This document shows positions 25,165-37,538 of a stretch of 64,000 bases of DNA, one piece after another; the stretch's first letter is position 1, and each line of letters starts with the position of its first letter. Made by a program: the position numbers and the translations under genes. The DNA comes from Chiloscyllium plagiosum. Lineage: Eukaryota. The DNA lies in contig NC_057718.1 in assembly GCF_004010195.1 (NCBI RefSeq), forward strand, positions 104,436,828-104,500,827, given 5' to 3'. The notes beneath the pieces are model-generated. The model saw only the letters and a program-made list of their open reading frames with translations, had not been told where the DNA came from and did no database searches.

Positions 25165-25810
25165 ATTCATTTTTTTTAACTTATTTGTGGGATTGTGGGT
25201 TGTTGCTGCCTGGGCCAGCACTTCCTGCCCAGGAGCTGGGGGGTGAGCTGCTGCAGTCCGTCTGATGTAGGGACACCAATTGTCGACAGGGAGGGAATTC
25301 CAGGATTTTGACCCAGCGATAGTGAAGGAAAGGCAATATATTTCCAAGTCAGGATGGTGAGTGGACTGGAGTGGAGTTTGAAGGGGGTGGTGTTCCCAGA
25401 TATTTGCTGCCCTTATCCTAGATGGAAGTGGTCGCGGGTTTGGAAGGAGCGGTCTTGAGGACCTTGGTGAATTTCTGCAGTACATCTTGTAGATAGTATA
25501 CACTGCTGCTACTGAGTGTCAGTGGTAGAGGGAGGGGATGTTTGTGAATGCGGTTTCATCAAGCAGGCTGCTTTGTCCTGGATGGTGTCAAGTTTCTTAG
25601 TGCTGTATCCATCCAGGCATTTGGGAAGTATTCCATCACATGCCTGACTTATGCCTTGTAGATGGTGGACAGGCTCTGGGGAGTCAGGAGGGAAGTTAAT
25701 CGCTGCAGGATTCCCAGCCTCTGACCTGCTCCTTTAGTCACTGTGTTTATGTGGCTAGTCCAGTTCAGTTTCTGGTCAATGGTAACCCCAGGATGTCGAT
25801 AGTGGGGAAA
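25165..25810 (-). mobile_element. Non-LTR LINE 3' fragment (CR1-group) sharing its tail with the MER131-like SINE
   Basis: Encodes GVTIDQKLNWTSHINTV..GQRLGIL..LTPQSLSTIYKA and GSKSWNSLP. The tail tgctggccc..cccacaatcccac..aaaaaa resembles the SINE tails at about 7490-7530 and 9600-9626. Confidence 0.8.
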
Positions 25811-27319
25811 TTCAGTGATAACATGGACCAAAGGACATTACATCAGAAAGCACAAACTCAATCTCTCTTCCATCCCTATCCCCGTCAAGATCTGTACCTG
25901 TACAGCCTTTTGTCAATGTGTGAATCGCAAGATCCAATCATATTTCAATAGACATTCTGAAAAAACAGGTAGTCAGGTTCTCTTCAAAGCTGAACATTTC
26001 CTCAGCTTTCAGGTGGTTGGGAAGTTCACTCCGACTCCAGGATTTGAATACAAACTCAGGTGAAGATGCCAGAGTGTGCAAAACCAGGATCCTGCTTGAC
26101 CACATGAAACACATTATTTCTTCCTCATTAGGAGATCGTGCTGCAGAGAGGGTGTCGGCTGTAATTGCCAACGCTATACTGTACTGCAGAACAAGTAATT
26201 CAGAGTACGGGAAACATTTTCAGACGCTCGAGATGAGCGAGGACAGTCCAAAACACACGCCTTCTTAACTTTAAAGGAATCTATTTATCCAGCATCAATC
26301 GTCACACTGACCACCCAGGTGAACCTGCATCCTCCCACAGTCAATATTAGCAAAAGGGTCAACAAGGTGGACTGATACAGACTCGATGGGCTGAATGACC
26401 TCCATCTGCACTGTAGGGATTCTATTAAAAAAAGCGAGATCAACAGTTTGTGTGTAAACGCTGGATTTCACGCAATGCCATGGGAAGCCTCTGACTGCCA
26501 GGACATCTTGTAAACTAGTCCTCCCTCAGCTTCCTTCATCCACCACCACCATCAACACCTCACCTCTCTCCCCCAAGATCAAGTGATTTGTACATCTGGC
26601 TGTCCACCCTTACACTTTTAGACAGAGCTGCAGAAAACAGATTAATGCTGGAGGGATGAAACCGAAGAATCTTGCTTTCTGCCACATAAACTGCACAAAT
26701 CTCCATTTGCATGACACGCTGCTGCAGAAAGTGAATCTCCAAAACAAAGGTCCACATCCACTTCATTTAAAATAACAACTCAAAATGCTTTAAAAACATT
26801 GGGCCAACATTTTCCCAGTCTTCAGGTCTTTCGAGATAGTTGGAGGGGAACTTACAAAACTGAGCAGCAAAGTGAGAGGCTGAGGATCTCATCTTGTTTT
26901 TAAGAAGCAACCAAGACAGAGATTTCATTGTAATTACTCATCAACTTAGCACGACATGGCACCAATCCAATGCTGGTACCTCAGATGAAAATAATTAATT
27001 TGGGATCACTAAGAGAACCAGAGGACGACATAGGCCACGTACCCATCCTGCACTATCCAGAGAGATCACGGCTGAACTCCCAGCTCCATTCCAGTTCTCA
27101 CCTGATCCTCATATCCCTCAATTCCTTCCATGTTCAAAGATCTACTGATCTCTGCACTGACCACATCAAATAACAGGCTGTCCACAGCTTTCAGATGTCG
27201 AGAGCTCAAAAACTTCACAGCCCCGTAATTAATTTTTGCAGTAAACAGCCAACCCCTTATCCCAAGAATATGACCTCTTTTACTAGTCGGTCAATTTTAT
27301 TCTAAAAGGGGGAAAGAGG

Positions 27320-27790
27320 CAGTCCACTAGAGTGGTAACGGGTTTGGAGGATTTTCACAGGAGGACATGTTGAGGAGATTAGGCCTGTACGCGTTGGAAT
27401 ACAGAAGATTGAAAAGTGAAATATAAGATTTTTTGGGGCTTTACATGTTAGGTTTGGAGAATCTAGGATCAGAGAGGCACCATCTCAGTATGGAATTGCC
27501 CGTTGGAGATAGAGATGAGGGGGAATTTCTTCTGTCAGAGGGGGGGGAATTTCTTCTGTCAGAGGGGAGTGATTTTGGACCATTCCTTACTGCTGAGGGC
27601 TGTCGAGGCTGGGTCATTAAGTATATTCAAGGCTGAGACAGACAGATTTTTACTCAGGAAGGGAATCAAGGGTTGTAGGGGAAAGGCAGGAAGTGGGGGT
27701 TGAGGATGATCAGATCAGCCACGAGCTCATTGAATGGAAGACCAGAGTTGATGGGCCAAATGGCCTAATCCTGCTCCTACATCTTACATG
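27320..27790 (+). mobile_element. CR1 3' fragment with an internal ~24-bp tandem duplication at about 27520-27567
   Basis: CR1 tail motifs present; ggggaatttcttctgtcagagggg occurs twice. Confidence 0.8.
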
Positions 27791-28974
27791 AGAACTCTTT
27801 CAACCCAGATGGAGTATACCAATGTTTAACAGAAAAGATAAAAGTATTTACATTGTTATGGCTATGAAAAAGACTTTCCTTTCATCTACAGTTGTGAAAA
27901 ATGTCCTTAACAAGGACTGGTTTTGATCGGTCATGTATTTATGCAGGTATTCGAAACCTAGGCTCGGCCATGATCAGTGCACATTTTTCAGCACGTGGGA
28001 AAGGATGGCAACCATTTTGTACATAGAACTTTCCAGAAGCGCTGAGACAGGGGTGAATGGTGATTAAGGGATAGATGTTTAAGACTTCTCTTGCTTTAAA
28101 TATAGCTGGAGGAGTTTTTAAATTGATATTCACCTGTCCAGGTAGCCGAGTGCCTGGGTTTACACCCACAACATTGCGCTGGTGTTGCAATGAAACGTCA
28201 CCCGCTCAGTCCTGAAGTGGAGATTATTCTACAAACCTTCCAAACCAGAAGCCCAAGTTCCTATCTGTTTCAAGGAGATGTCAATCACTGTTCTAATTCA
28301 AAAACAAAGTACAGCATGAGGATAAATTTAATCAAAATGCATGTGATATGAAACAGATTTTTCAGCAAATCTCCAACCCACTGGAGTTTCTGAATATTTT
28401 AGTTAGACAACTCTCTATGTATAGTGCCTGTACCACTCCCACTGGCTGTGCTTCCAATACCAAAACAAGCAAACATTACCGATCCAGAAATAGCAGACAG
28501 TGAGCGAGTCCCTTGGGCATTCCACACCTAAATCTCCCAATCTTGCACCACTTAGTGTCTGAGTGACGTGCCATGGACACATTGCAGCGAATGGCTCACA
28601 TTATGGAAACCAACTGAATGTCAACAATATCGGAGGGCATTGGACAATTATTAAAAAAGAAACAAAGTGTATGGAGACAAAGGCAATGAGTCACGATACT
28701 AACTGGGAGAGCTGGCACAGATGATGGGCCGAATGGCCTGTTTTGTGCTGTAACGATTCTGTGATTCTAACAACTGACCAACTGATCGCACACTCCATTG
28801 CACGGAGTGTGTGTGAGGGCAGCTTATGGCAGAACATGTTACACACTGCCTTGAAGGTACACTGTCTGTCTGGGCTGGAATCTGCATCAGATCCATACCA
28901 CCCGACACTTAGAGCTGCTTGGCTAACCCTCTCCATGAGAAAACAACACATCCCCAAAAAGATGGTGCAGCATC

Positions 28975-29919
28975 CTCTACTTTTTGTCATTTACATAAAT
29001 GATTTGGATGCGAGCATAAGAGGTACAGTTAGTAAGTTTGCAGATGACACCAAAATTGGAGGTGTAGTGGACAGTGAAGGGGATTACCTCAGATTACAAC
29101 AGGATCTGGACCAGATGGGCCAATGGGCTGAGAAGTGGCAGATGGAGTTTAATTCAGATAAATGCGAGGTGCTGCATTTTGGGAAAGCAAATCTTAGCAC
29201 GACTTATACACTTACTGGTAAAGTGCTAGGGAGTGTTGCTGAACAAAGAGACCTTGGAGTGCAGGTTCATAGCTCCTCGAAAGTGGAGTCACAGGTAGAT
29301 AGGATAGTGAAGAAGGTGTTTGGTATGCTTTCCTTTATTGGTCAGAGTATTGAGTACAGGAGTTGGGAGGTCATGTTGTGGCTGTACAGGACATTGGTTG
29401 GGCCACTGTTGGAATATTGCGTGCAATTCTGGTCTCCTTCCTATCGGGAAGATGTTGTGAAACTTGAAATGATTCAGAAAAGATTTACAAGGATGTTGCC
29501 AGGGTTGGCGGAATTGAGCTATAGGGAGAGGCTGAACAGGCTGGGGCTGTTTTCCCTGGAGCGTCGGAGGCTGAGGGGTGACCTTATAGGTTTACAAAAT
29601 TATGAGGGACATGGATAGGATAAACTTTTCCCTGGGGTGGGGGAGTCCAGAACTAGAGGGCATAGGTTTAGGGTGAGAGGGGAAAGATATAAAAGAGACC
29701 TAAGGGGCAACCTTTTCACGCAGAGGGTGGTACGTGTATGGAATGAGCTGCCAGAAGATATGGTGGAGCTGGTACATTTAAAAAGACATCTGGAAAGGTT
29801 TGGAGGGATATGGGCCGGGTGCTGGCAGGTGGGACTAGATTGGGTTGGGATATCTGGTCGGCATGGACGGGTTGGACTGAAGGGTCTATTTCTGTGCTGT
29901 ACATCTCTATGACTCTATA
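28975..29919 (+). mobile_element. Young 5'-truncated CR1 LINE (partial RT)
   Basis: Encodes PLLFVIYINDLD..SKFADDTKIGG..LQQDLD..WQMEFNSDKCEVLHFG..LERRRLRGDL, open for about 200 codons, with a ctctatgactctat tail. Confidence 0.95.
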
Positions 29920-31493
29920 ACTGTACGATTAAACCTGTATTGAAAAGGGTTGGAAAAAGAATGAAAGAGCCAGTCTAATTCCATATGCTCAGCTCAATGG
30001 GAGTATCCAGTGATTTGGAGATGCCCTCATCCACAAGCCCAGGGCTCTCCTCACCCCGCCCAGTGCAGCTGAGGGGCAACATGACCCCTCAGCAACAGAA
30101 ACCACTTTACCCCTTCCCCCTACTCATTACTGTATACAACCCCCTCCCTCACCTCTCTCAGCCTACCCCCTACTCTCACACAACCCCTTTCCCCATTCCA
30201 TCTCTCACTACCCATACCCTTCCACCCGCCCCCCCACCCACACACACACACAAAGGGTTAACTTCCCTCTGACATGAGGCACTCAAGTGGGGATACACTC
30301 GGGACGCCTCAAACTGGCATCAGAGGCAATCCTTAAAAAGGGGTTAGGAGTCTCAAGGGCCAGTTCCAATATCCCCACCATCACAGAGAATAAGGCCCTC
30401 TGCATTACACAGGCCAGACTTTGACAAACTGCTGAGTTTGGATTTGGACTTCCCACGAACAGTGGGACTGCTGGGGGCCAATGAGTTAGGAGACCGAGAC
30501 AGCTCTTGGGCAGATTCTAAGACAGCTCAAAAGACCACATCAATTTAGCAGTTTACAATGACAGGTTAAAAGCCCCACCGAAGATGGACTGGCACCAGGC
30601 TTATTTTTAACATCACTGCTCTTCCCCTGGTACTCACTGGACAGAGGCTGCTTCCACCTTGCACCAATGCAGCCATAGTTACTTCAAAATGGACAGGGAG
30701 CAGGGAGAACCAGAACACAGGCCTTTTCCAGGGAATCCCTGATGTGACAGAGGGGGGGGGGGAAAAAAAACTACCTCCTGGTCATTTGGGGTGGGACAGA
30801 GTATCTTAAAAAATAGGAGCTGATCTCTCAGGAGAGAAATCAAGAAACATTTTCACACAGAAAAAGCAAAGAAGAAGTCTGGAACTCTCCTGTAAATGGC
30901 AAATACAACATCAACTGTCTGCGGGAAATAAGGGGTTGATGGATTTGTTTTGCTGGTGTTAAGAGATATGGAGAAAAGGCAACACTTGAGTGTCAACAGA
31001 AAGAACAGATTTGAAGGGCTGAATAGCCTGGTCCTGTTCCCATTGTTTGGATACAATGAAATGGAGAAAACTGCTGTGTTGAATCAAATTTAAATGGCAC
31101 CAGAAGGTGGGAAGGTGACCCTTTTATAGTTAATCGAGATGTTTTAATGCTGGGGGAGAATGCTGCATAAAGACCTCACAGCAGAGGCAGAGGCCGCTCC
31201 CCCAGACACAGGAGAGGGGTACCAAAGCAGGGCAGGCTGGGGGCTCATCTGGATGGGACATGCACCAGAATACATGATTAATTACAAACCTATCACCCTC
31301 AGAATACTTCAGTGGCCAGGGCTTATGCTTGAGCTCCAGCACGTGAATAACACTGAGTGTTTGTTTCAAGTCTCCAGCACATGTAAAGTGCTGGAGAAAC
31401 TCAGCAGGTCTGGCAGCATCTGTAGAGAGAGGAACCGTATTAATGTTTCAAGTCTGATACAACTCTTCTCAGGATTTGAGGACACTGTTTCTC

Positions 31494-31993
31494 NNNNNNN
31501 NNNNNNNNNNNNNNNNNNNNNNNNNNNNNNNNNNNNNNNNNNNNNNNNNNNNNNNNNNNNNNNNNNNNNNNNNNNNNNNNNNNNNNNNNNNNNNNNNNNN
31601 NNNNNNNNNNNNNNNNNNNNNNNNNNNNNNNNNNNNNNNNNNNNNNNNNNNNNNNNNNNNNNNNNNNNNNNNNNNNNNNNNNNNNNNNNNNNNNNNNNNN
31701 NNNNNNNNNNNNNNNNNNNNNNNNNNNNNNNNNNNNNNNNNNNNNNNNNNNNNNNNNNNNNNNNNNNNNNNNNNNNNNNNNNNNNNNNNNNNNNNNNNNN
31801 NNNNNNNNNNNNNNNNNNNNNNNNNNNNNNNNNNNNNNNNNNNNNNNNNNNNNNNNNNNNNNNNNNNNNNNNNNNNNNNNNNNNNNNNNNNNNNNNNNNN
31901 NNNNNNNNNNNNNNNNNNNNNNNNNNNNNNNNNNNNNNNNNNNNNNNNNNNNNNNNNNNNNNNNNNNNNNNNNNNNNNNNNNNNNNNNNNNNN
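31494..31993. other. Assembly gap (500 N)
   Basis: Exactly 500 N. Abuts a palindromic repeat. Confidence 0.99.
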
Positions 31994-32414
31994 ACATTTA
32001 TTCCTCAACAGCTATCACAAAGACACTTGATATATGGGCAAGAATAGAACTAGGTGCCATCAATATCAATATAGTCACTGATAATCCAGTTGGGAATTCA
32101 GCAGAAACCTTCTTGTTGAATGAGGCTCTGAAAGGGTTAAAGCTGAGGAGAACACAAAACATTGTCCATGGTCTGTGTGGGATGCTTTTCAGAAGGTCGA
32201 TGTGGACTCGTTGGCCTGGAATGGCCTGCTTCCTCACTGTAGGGATTCGATGATATGATGATGTCATTTGGACTCAGGCACGAGAATAACTTTGCATTTT
32301 GAAGGAGACAGCTCCAACATTGAGGTCTCCTCACTGTCTCAATACCAATATCCATCACAACAACATAACATGTACACAGTAGCCATCCTGCAACAAACTA
32401 TCTCTTGGTTAAGA

Positions 32415-32790
32415 ACCTGGAAGAAAGGATTGCCTTATGGGGAAAGGCTGGCCCATATCCTCTGGATAGCTGAGTCTGGAAAGGATGTTTCCTCTTCTGG
32501 GAGAACTTGGGGTCACTGATTAAAAATAAGTGGTTGCTCATTTCAGACAGAAATGAGGAAACTTTTTGTTATCTCAAAGAGTTCCAAGTCTTTGGAATTC
32601 CCTTCCTAAAAAGGATGCAGAATCTTTAAATACTCTTAAGGCAGAAGTTGATGGATTCACAATTGCCAAAGGAATGAAAGATTATTGGGGGGAATGCAGC
32701 AATGTAGAGTTATGGTAAAAATCAGATTCGCCATGATCTTATTGAGTGGGAGAGCAGGCTTGATGGGCTGATTGGCTTTCTCTCATTCAT
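32415..32790 (+). mobile_element. Decayed CR1 3' fragment
   Basis: cagaaatgaggaaac..tggaattcccttcct..atcagattcgccatgatcttattgagtgggagagcaggcttgatgggctga. Confidence 0.7.
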
Positions 32791-32998
32791 ATGGAGCATC
32801 TTCTTAAACAGCCAGATCAACACTGACCTGGAATTGAGGGTAGTACAGCGAATGGACCAATTAGATCCCACCTCATGAGGAACACTGGTGAGGGTACATC
32901 TGAAGAACATTCTATCCCCAGAAAAGTGGGGACAACGTACAATTCCAATTGCACAAGGACAGTCCAAGGTGAGTTATACCAACCGTGGAAATGTGAAG

Positions 32999-33277
32999 CT
33001 GAATTGAATTGAATTTATTGTCACGTGTACTGAGGCACAGTGAAAAGCTTTGACTTGTGAGCAATACAGGCAGATCACAGAGTTAAGTAACATAGATAGT
33101 AAATAATAGGTAAACAGCAGCAAAAACAAAAACACAGGAACAGGTGAATGTTAAGAGTTTGCAAGTCCATTCAGTATTCTAACAACAGTAGGGTAGAAAC
33201 TGTTGTGAAACGGCTGGTGCATGTGTTCAGGCTTCTGTACCTTCTCCCCGATGGTAGAGGTTGTAGAAAAACATTGC
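32999..33277 (-). mobile_element. Rex1/Babar-type LINE 3' end
   Basis: Minus strand reads PLPSGRRYRSLNTCTSRFHNSFYPTVVRILN, the typical Rex1 ORF C-terminus, and ends in aataa plus an (attca)n tail. Confidence 0.8.
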
Positions 33278-36200
33278 ATGAGGGAGATGCAGGTGAATAG
33301 ATGGGGGATGGGGCAGTGGGATGCTGGTGTGGAGTAGAAACGACATGGATCTGTCAGGCCGAAGGGTCTGTTCTAAATGATTTGCAATAGTTTAGGAAAT
33401 GACTCCAGCAATTTCAGCACAGCAAAGTCTTTAAGGCAGACAGGCTGACAAACATCACTGGAAGTTTGTCTTCCTCAAAGTTCCACTTTCATCACAAAGA
33501 CCTTCAAACAGGTTTTATCAGGTAAATATTGCTCAGCCTTGTCTTTCACTTAGATACAACAACCGACCACTGTCAATGAATTTGGCCCAAACCATGGGAA
33601 TGTTGTTACCCTTTGCTTTTAACTGGAGGCCAATGGATGATGATCAGAGGTGTCTGTTTAAAAGAAACATTGCTGGCCTCTGGTAGCCAGGGATATGAGG
33701 AAAAGGTAGGAATAGATAAGGCATAATGGGTTGTATGGTGACATTCTAAACCGTGACAATTGTGAGAGTGCGTCACTCTTAATCGTTTCAGAATGAGGAA
33801 AAATGAGCTGCTTTTTTTGTTGTTTATTTAAGTGCAGCTGAAAACGTTTGAATATTCACATGCTTGCAGTGTTATTCAGTCTTTCCAATTAAGTCAACAG
33901 TACAGGATAGGCTCCCTCGCTCATTCTCAGCCTAAGTAAATGTTCCCTTTAAGCAAACATTCCTGTTAACAGGGGGCCCATTAACATGGCAAGAACTAAA
34001 TTTGTCAACAAATGTTCCTTTAATGCTGCAGCTCACCAGGTGACAAGGCCATAGTGATGGGGCTTAGATTAACATGAGAAATCAGAAGGGGATTTCTCAT
34101 AAGTCCTGTGAAGAGAGGAACAAATCCATCGACAAGGAAACTCAGTGACAGACCAGGTTTCTCTGCTTTCTTGTAACAGCTTTACGGAGTGATCGAGAGC
34201 GAGACATTCCCACAGGATTCTGAGGGGTTGGTGTGTGGAATTGTTCCAGCACAGTCTCGACAGATAAAGCAGCAAGTCCTGCTGCCCCAAGGGAACACAG
34301 TGAGGCTAAAGAAACTCCACGGTGGCCAACATCTCATTGTGCTTTTAGTTCCTACTATTAGGCAGCAGCGTTTCCCTGTTCTGGGACGGCTAATCTCCTC
34401 ACATACCTGCAATGAGGTCCACGTCACAGTATCCCAGTTTTGCTACAGTGCAGAATGAGACCATACAGCTCATTGTGGCTGCAGTGGCTCACTTCACAAA
34501 CATTATTACTTCCTGCTGATCTCCTGCTTTACACTGATACCCTGTTACACAATCACCATCCAATGCCCCTCTCAAATGTGTCAACTGAACCTGACTCCAG
34601 CTTATACTCTCACTCTCGCTCCTTTTATGGGCCAAAGGCAGATATTTGAAGTTAGGCCTCAGATCAACCATGGGCTCACAATGTCAGAATACTGAATGGA
34701 CTGAAGGACTGACTCCCAGTCCCATGTTTTCCCCACATAATCTATCCAGCTCTCTATTAGGACTGCGACTGCATTCTGTATAACCCTGAAGATCCTAATT
34801 AGTTATCGATGGAAATTACTTTTCGCAGGTTGTATCACTTGGAGCTGTGCAGTGGGACTCCCAGCTGGCTCAGTTTCAATGGGGTCGATCACTGGGACCA
34901 GCTAGAACCTGGTCTCAGAGATTCAAGCCCAGAGCCTGTACCTGGCAGAGTGGGTGCACTGGCACTGGCTGATTGGCTTGTTGGGTGCCAGAGATCCTAC
35001 AAACCCAAAGGACTGTTTCACAAGGGCAGAGAGAGCAGCCATTGCTACATTTGTTGGAGTCAGAAACATCCAGGACCAAAATGGATGAACATACGGATAA
35101 GATTAATAGGCAAAGGGTATGGGGGAAGAAAAGAGGTGATGAGCACTTTATCATGGGCCAAGTGGCCTCCCTCTATACCTCAACAAGTCTGTGATTCAAA
35201 AGAGAATCAGGCAGTTCTGAGGAAGGGGTACCGGACCTGAAACATTAACTCTGATGTCTCTCCATAGATGCTTGCCAGACCTGAGCTTTTCCAGCAATTT
35301 CTGGTGTTGTGCCTGCGATGGGAGGTGCAAGGGCAGTAAGTGACATTTGAGGTCCTTCTTTGGACAGCAAGATGGGGCAGGGTTTCTGATGCAGTCAGTC
35401 GATTGGCAGAGAGCCCCATCATCAGTCAGCACCTAGAAGAGAGGGCAAGAACAAAGGCAGAATAACAAAGGAGCAAATAAAAAGGTGGAAGATGGCTCAG
35501 GCTGTTACTTGCAACAAAATCATAAGCTTTGTAGATGCAGGATCAGAGAACAGGCTTTTGCAAATAGGAAACAGACTGCAACTCCTCTTTTGTTCTTACC
35601 CTTGTCACAGAATTGTGATGGTACCTGGACTATGTAGTCAATGTGACACTACCTCAGAGCCAGCCTCAGAGCAGTTCTCTGTAACCAAGGTCTCCTTTAA
35701 GCTGTGTATGCTGCTGCAGACTGGTCTTTTTCAGGTCATAGTCTAATCCCCTTTTGATTACCTTGATTGAACCTGCCTATCAGATGGTGAATTCCAGACT
35801 CCAGCCACACAGCACATGAAGAAAAAAGCTTTCTTTTCTTTCACTTTTGCTTCTTTTACAAATTACTTGTAACTGGTGCTCTCTTGTTAACCATCCTTCA
35901 GTGAGTGGAAACAGTTTCTCCCGATTTACTGTGTGGGCCTCTCAGATCTCCACCTCAAACATCTGCTTTTTTGTTCTGACCCCCATGACCTCACTGATCT
36001 GAAGTGAGCTGCTGGATTCCTGTCAGCTGGTAAATCACAAGCAGCTGGAAATTGGAAATAGGAAATACAATTAAAAGTGAGGTCTGCCAGGCAGTTGCTG
36101 ATCAATGGGACAGTTGGGCTTTACAGCAATCAGAAGGTTTGTGGTTTTGTCATGAGGAGCCCTCTGCTCCACCCCCAGTCTCCATGAGAAATTACAAAAC

Positions 36201-37503
36201 AGAACATTTCTCTCACAGATGTTTTGTCAGAACTCCCAGTTTAATTCAAACTGCTGAGCTGACCATGAGCCAGAAACATTTCTTTATTCATTGCTGTGCC
36301 CACATGCTCCCGCCTCAACCAAGGCAGGCTAGGAAAGAAAACCATTCATTTCCTCTGTCTCTCTGCTCGTAGGTGTTATTCATCCCTACGGACCACTCTT
36401 ACAGATTCTGTACAACCTGTATCATCAATCCCAAAGGAAATGTCTTTAAGATGTGTGAGCAGATTGGGACAGCAGTGGGTAGATTCAATTCCTGGAACAG
36501 GCAGAGTCAGTTGGAATAGTCTTGTGGTGATCACAGGAATGTGGGACAAGCCTTTCATATTGCATAATGATGATAAAAACAGAAACTGCCGGAAATACTC
36601 GATAGGTCAGTGCAGCGTGTGTGGGGTGAGAGACTGAGTGGATTATTCAGATCCATGACCTTTCATCAGAATTAGTAAGGTGAGTCTTCAAATTTTACAA
36701 ATTTGAAGACGAGTCTGAGAAACCTTTTTGCTGCTCTCCCTGGAGAGAGATAATGAGACCAAAACTGCACACGCTCTAGGTGTAGTCTCCTGGTTATCCA
36801 CAGTAAACTGCAGCTGGCAGGTATTTGCCCACTCCCCCAGCTTGTCCACTGAAATATCTCTGCATCCACCTCACAGCTCAACCTCCCACCCAGATTTTTG
36901 CAAACTGGAGATATTACAATTAGTTCCCTCATCCAAACCCTTTGTGAAAATTTCACTCCAGGTAGACTGCTAGAGGAAAGGAAAAGAAAACAAAGTAATG
37001 GGGGAGGGGGTGAGAAAGCCCAACTGGAAATAAAGCTGATTAAAAATGACATTCACACTGCCAAAAGATAGGCTACTGCTTGGAGAAATCTTTGTAAGGC
37101 AATCCAAGCGTAAACCATCCCACAATACAGTCGTTCTCCACTTAAGGCGCTTTTTTTTTGAACAGGTTAGAAAGAATTGGCCTCAACAAACAATTCCCTT
37201 CAGCAAGTGCTCAAAAAGCCCCATCCCTCCCCAGAGCTCACTCTTATTACTCACTGACGGATGGAATGAGATTGCACTGCTGTAGGTACTGAACAGACAA
37301 ACCATCTTTGAAGATGAGACAGTAAGCCAAACCATGTGGGCGAATTGTTTTTAAAGGGAAGTACAATTAAGGTTGCATTGGGAGAAGAGGTATTCTGGAG
37401 GATTTTCCTACGAAGGCCAAGACAAGCTTTGATCATCAGATCAGAACATAAGTGCAGATAAAACACACCCGTTGCAGAGTTGGCCCGGTGTCCCTTACTG
37501 AAG

Positions 37504-37504
<1 letters not shown>

Positions 37505-37536
<32 letters not shown>
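37505..37536 (+). repeat. Poly-G run (about 32 nt)
   Basis: Directly visible in the sequence. Confidence 0.95.

Positions 37537-37538
<2 letters not shown>

Noticed and set aside
26233..26268. ATG AGC GAG GAC (MSEDSPKH), resembling a SPRED N-terminus
   Set aside because: Wrong strand, no splice donor, and it stops after 11 codons.
28743..29618. 291-aa ORF with RT motifs as a domesticated or chimeric gene
   Set aside because: It has a non-ATG start, and about 78 codons of random flank run by chance into a 5'-truncated CR1 whose RT is incomplete and frameshifted at the end.
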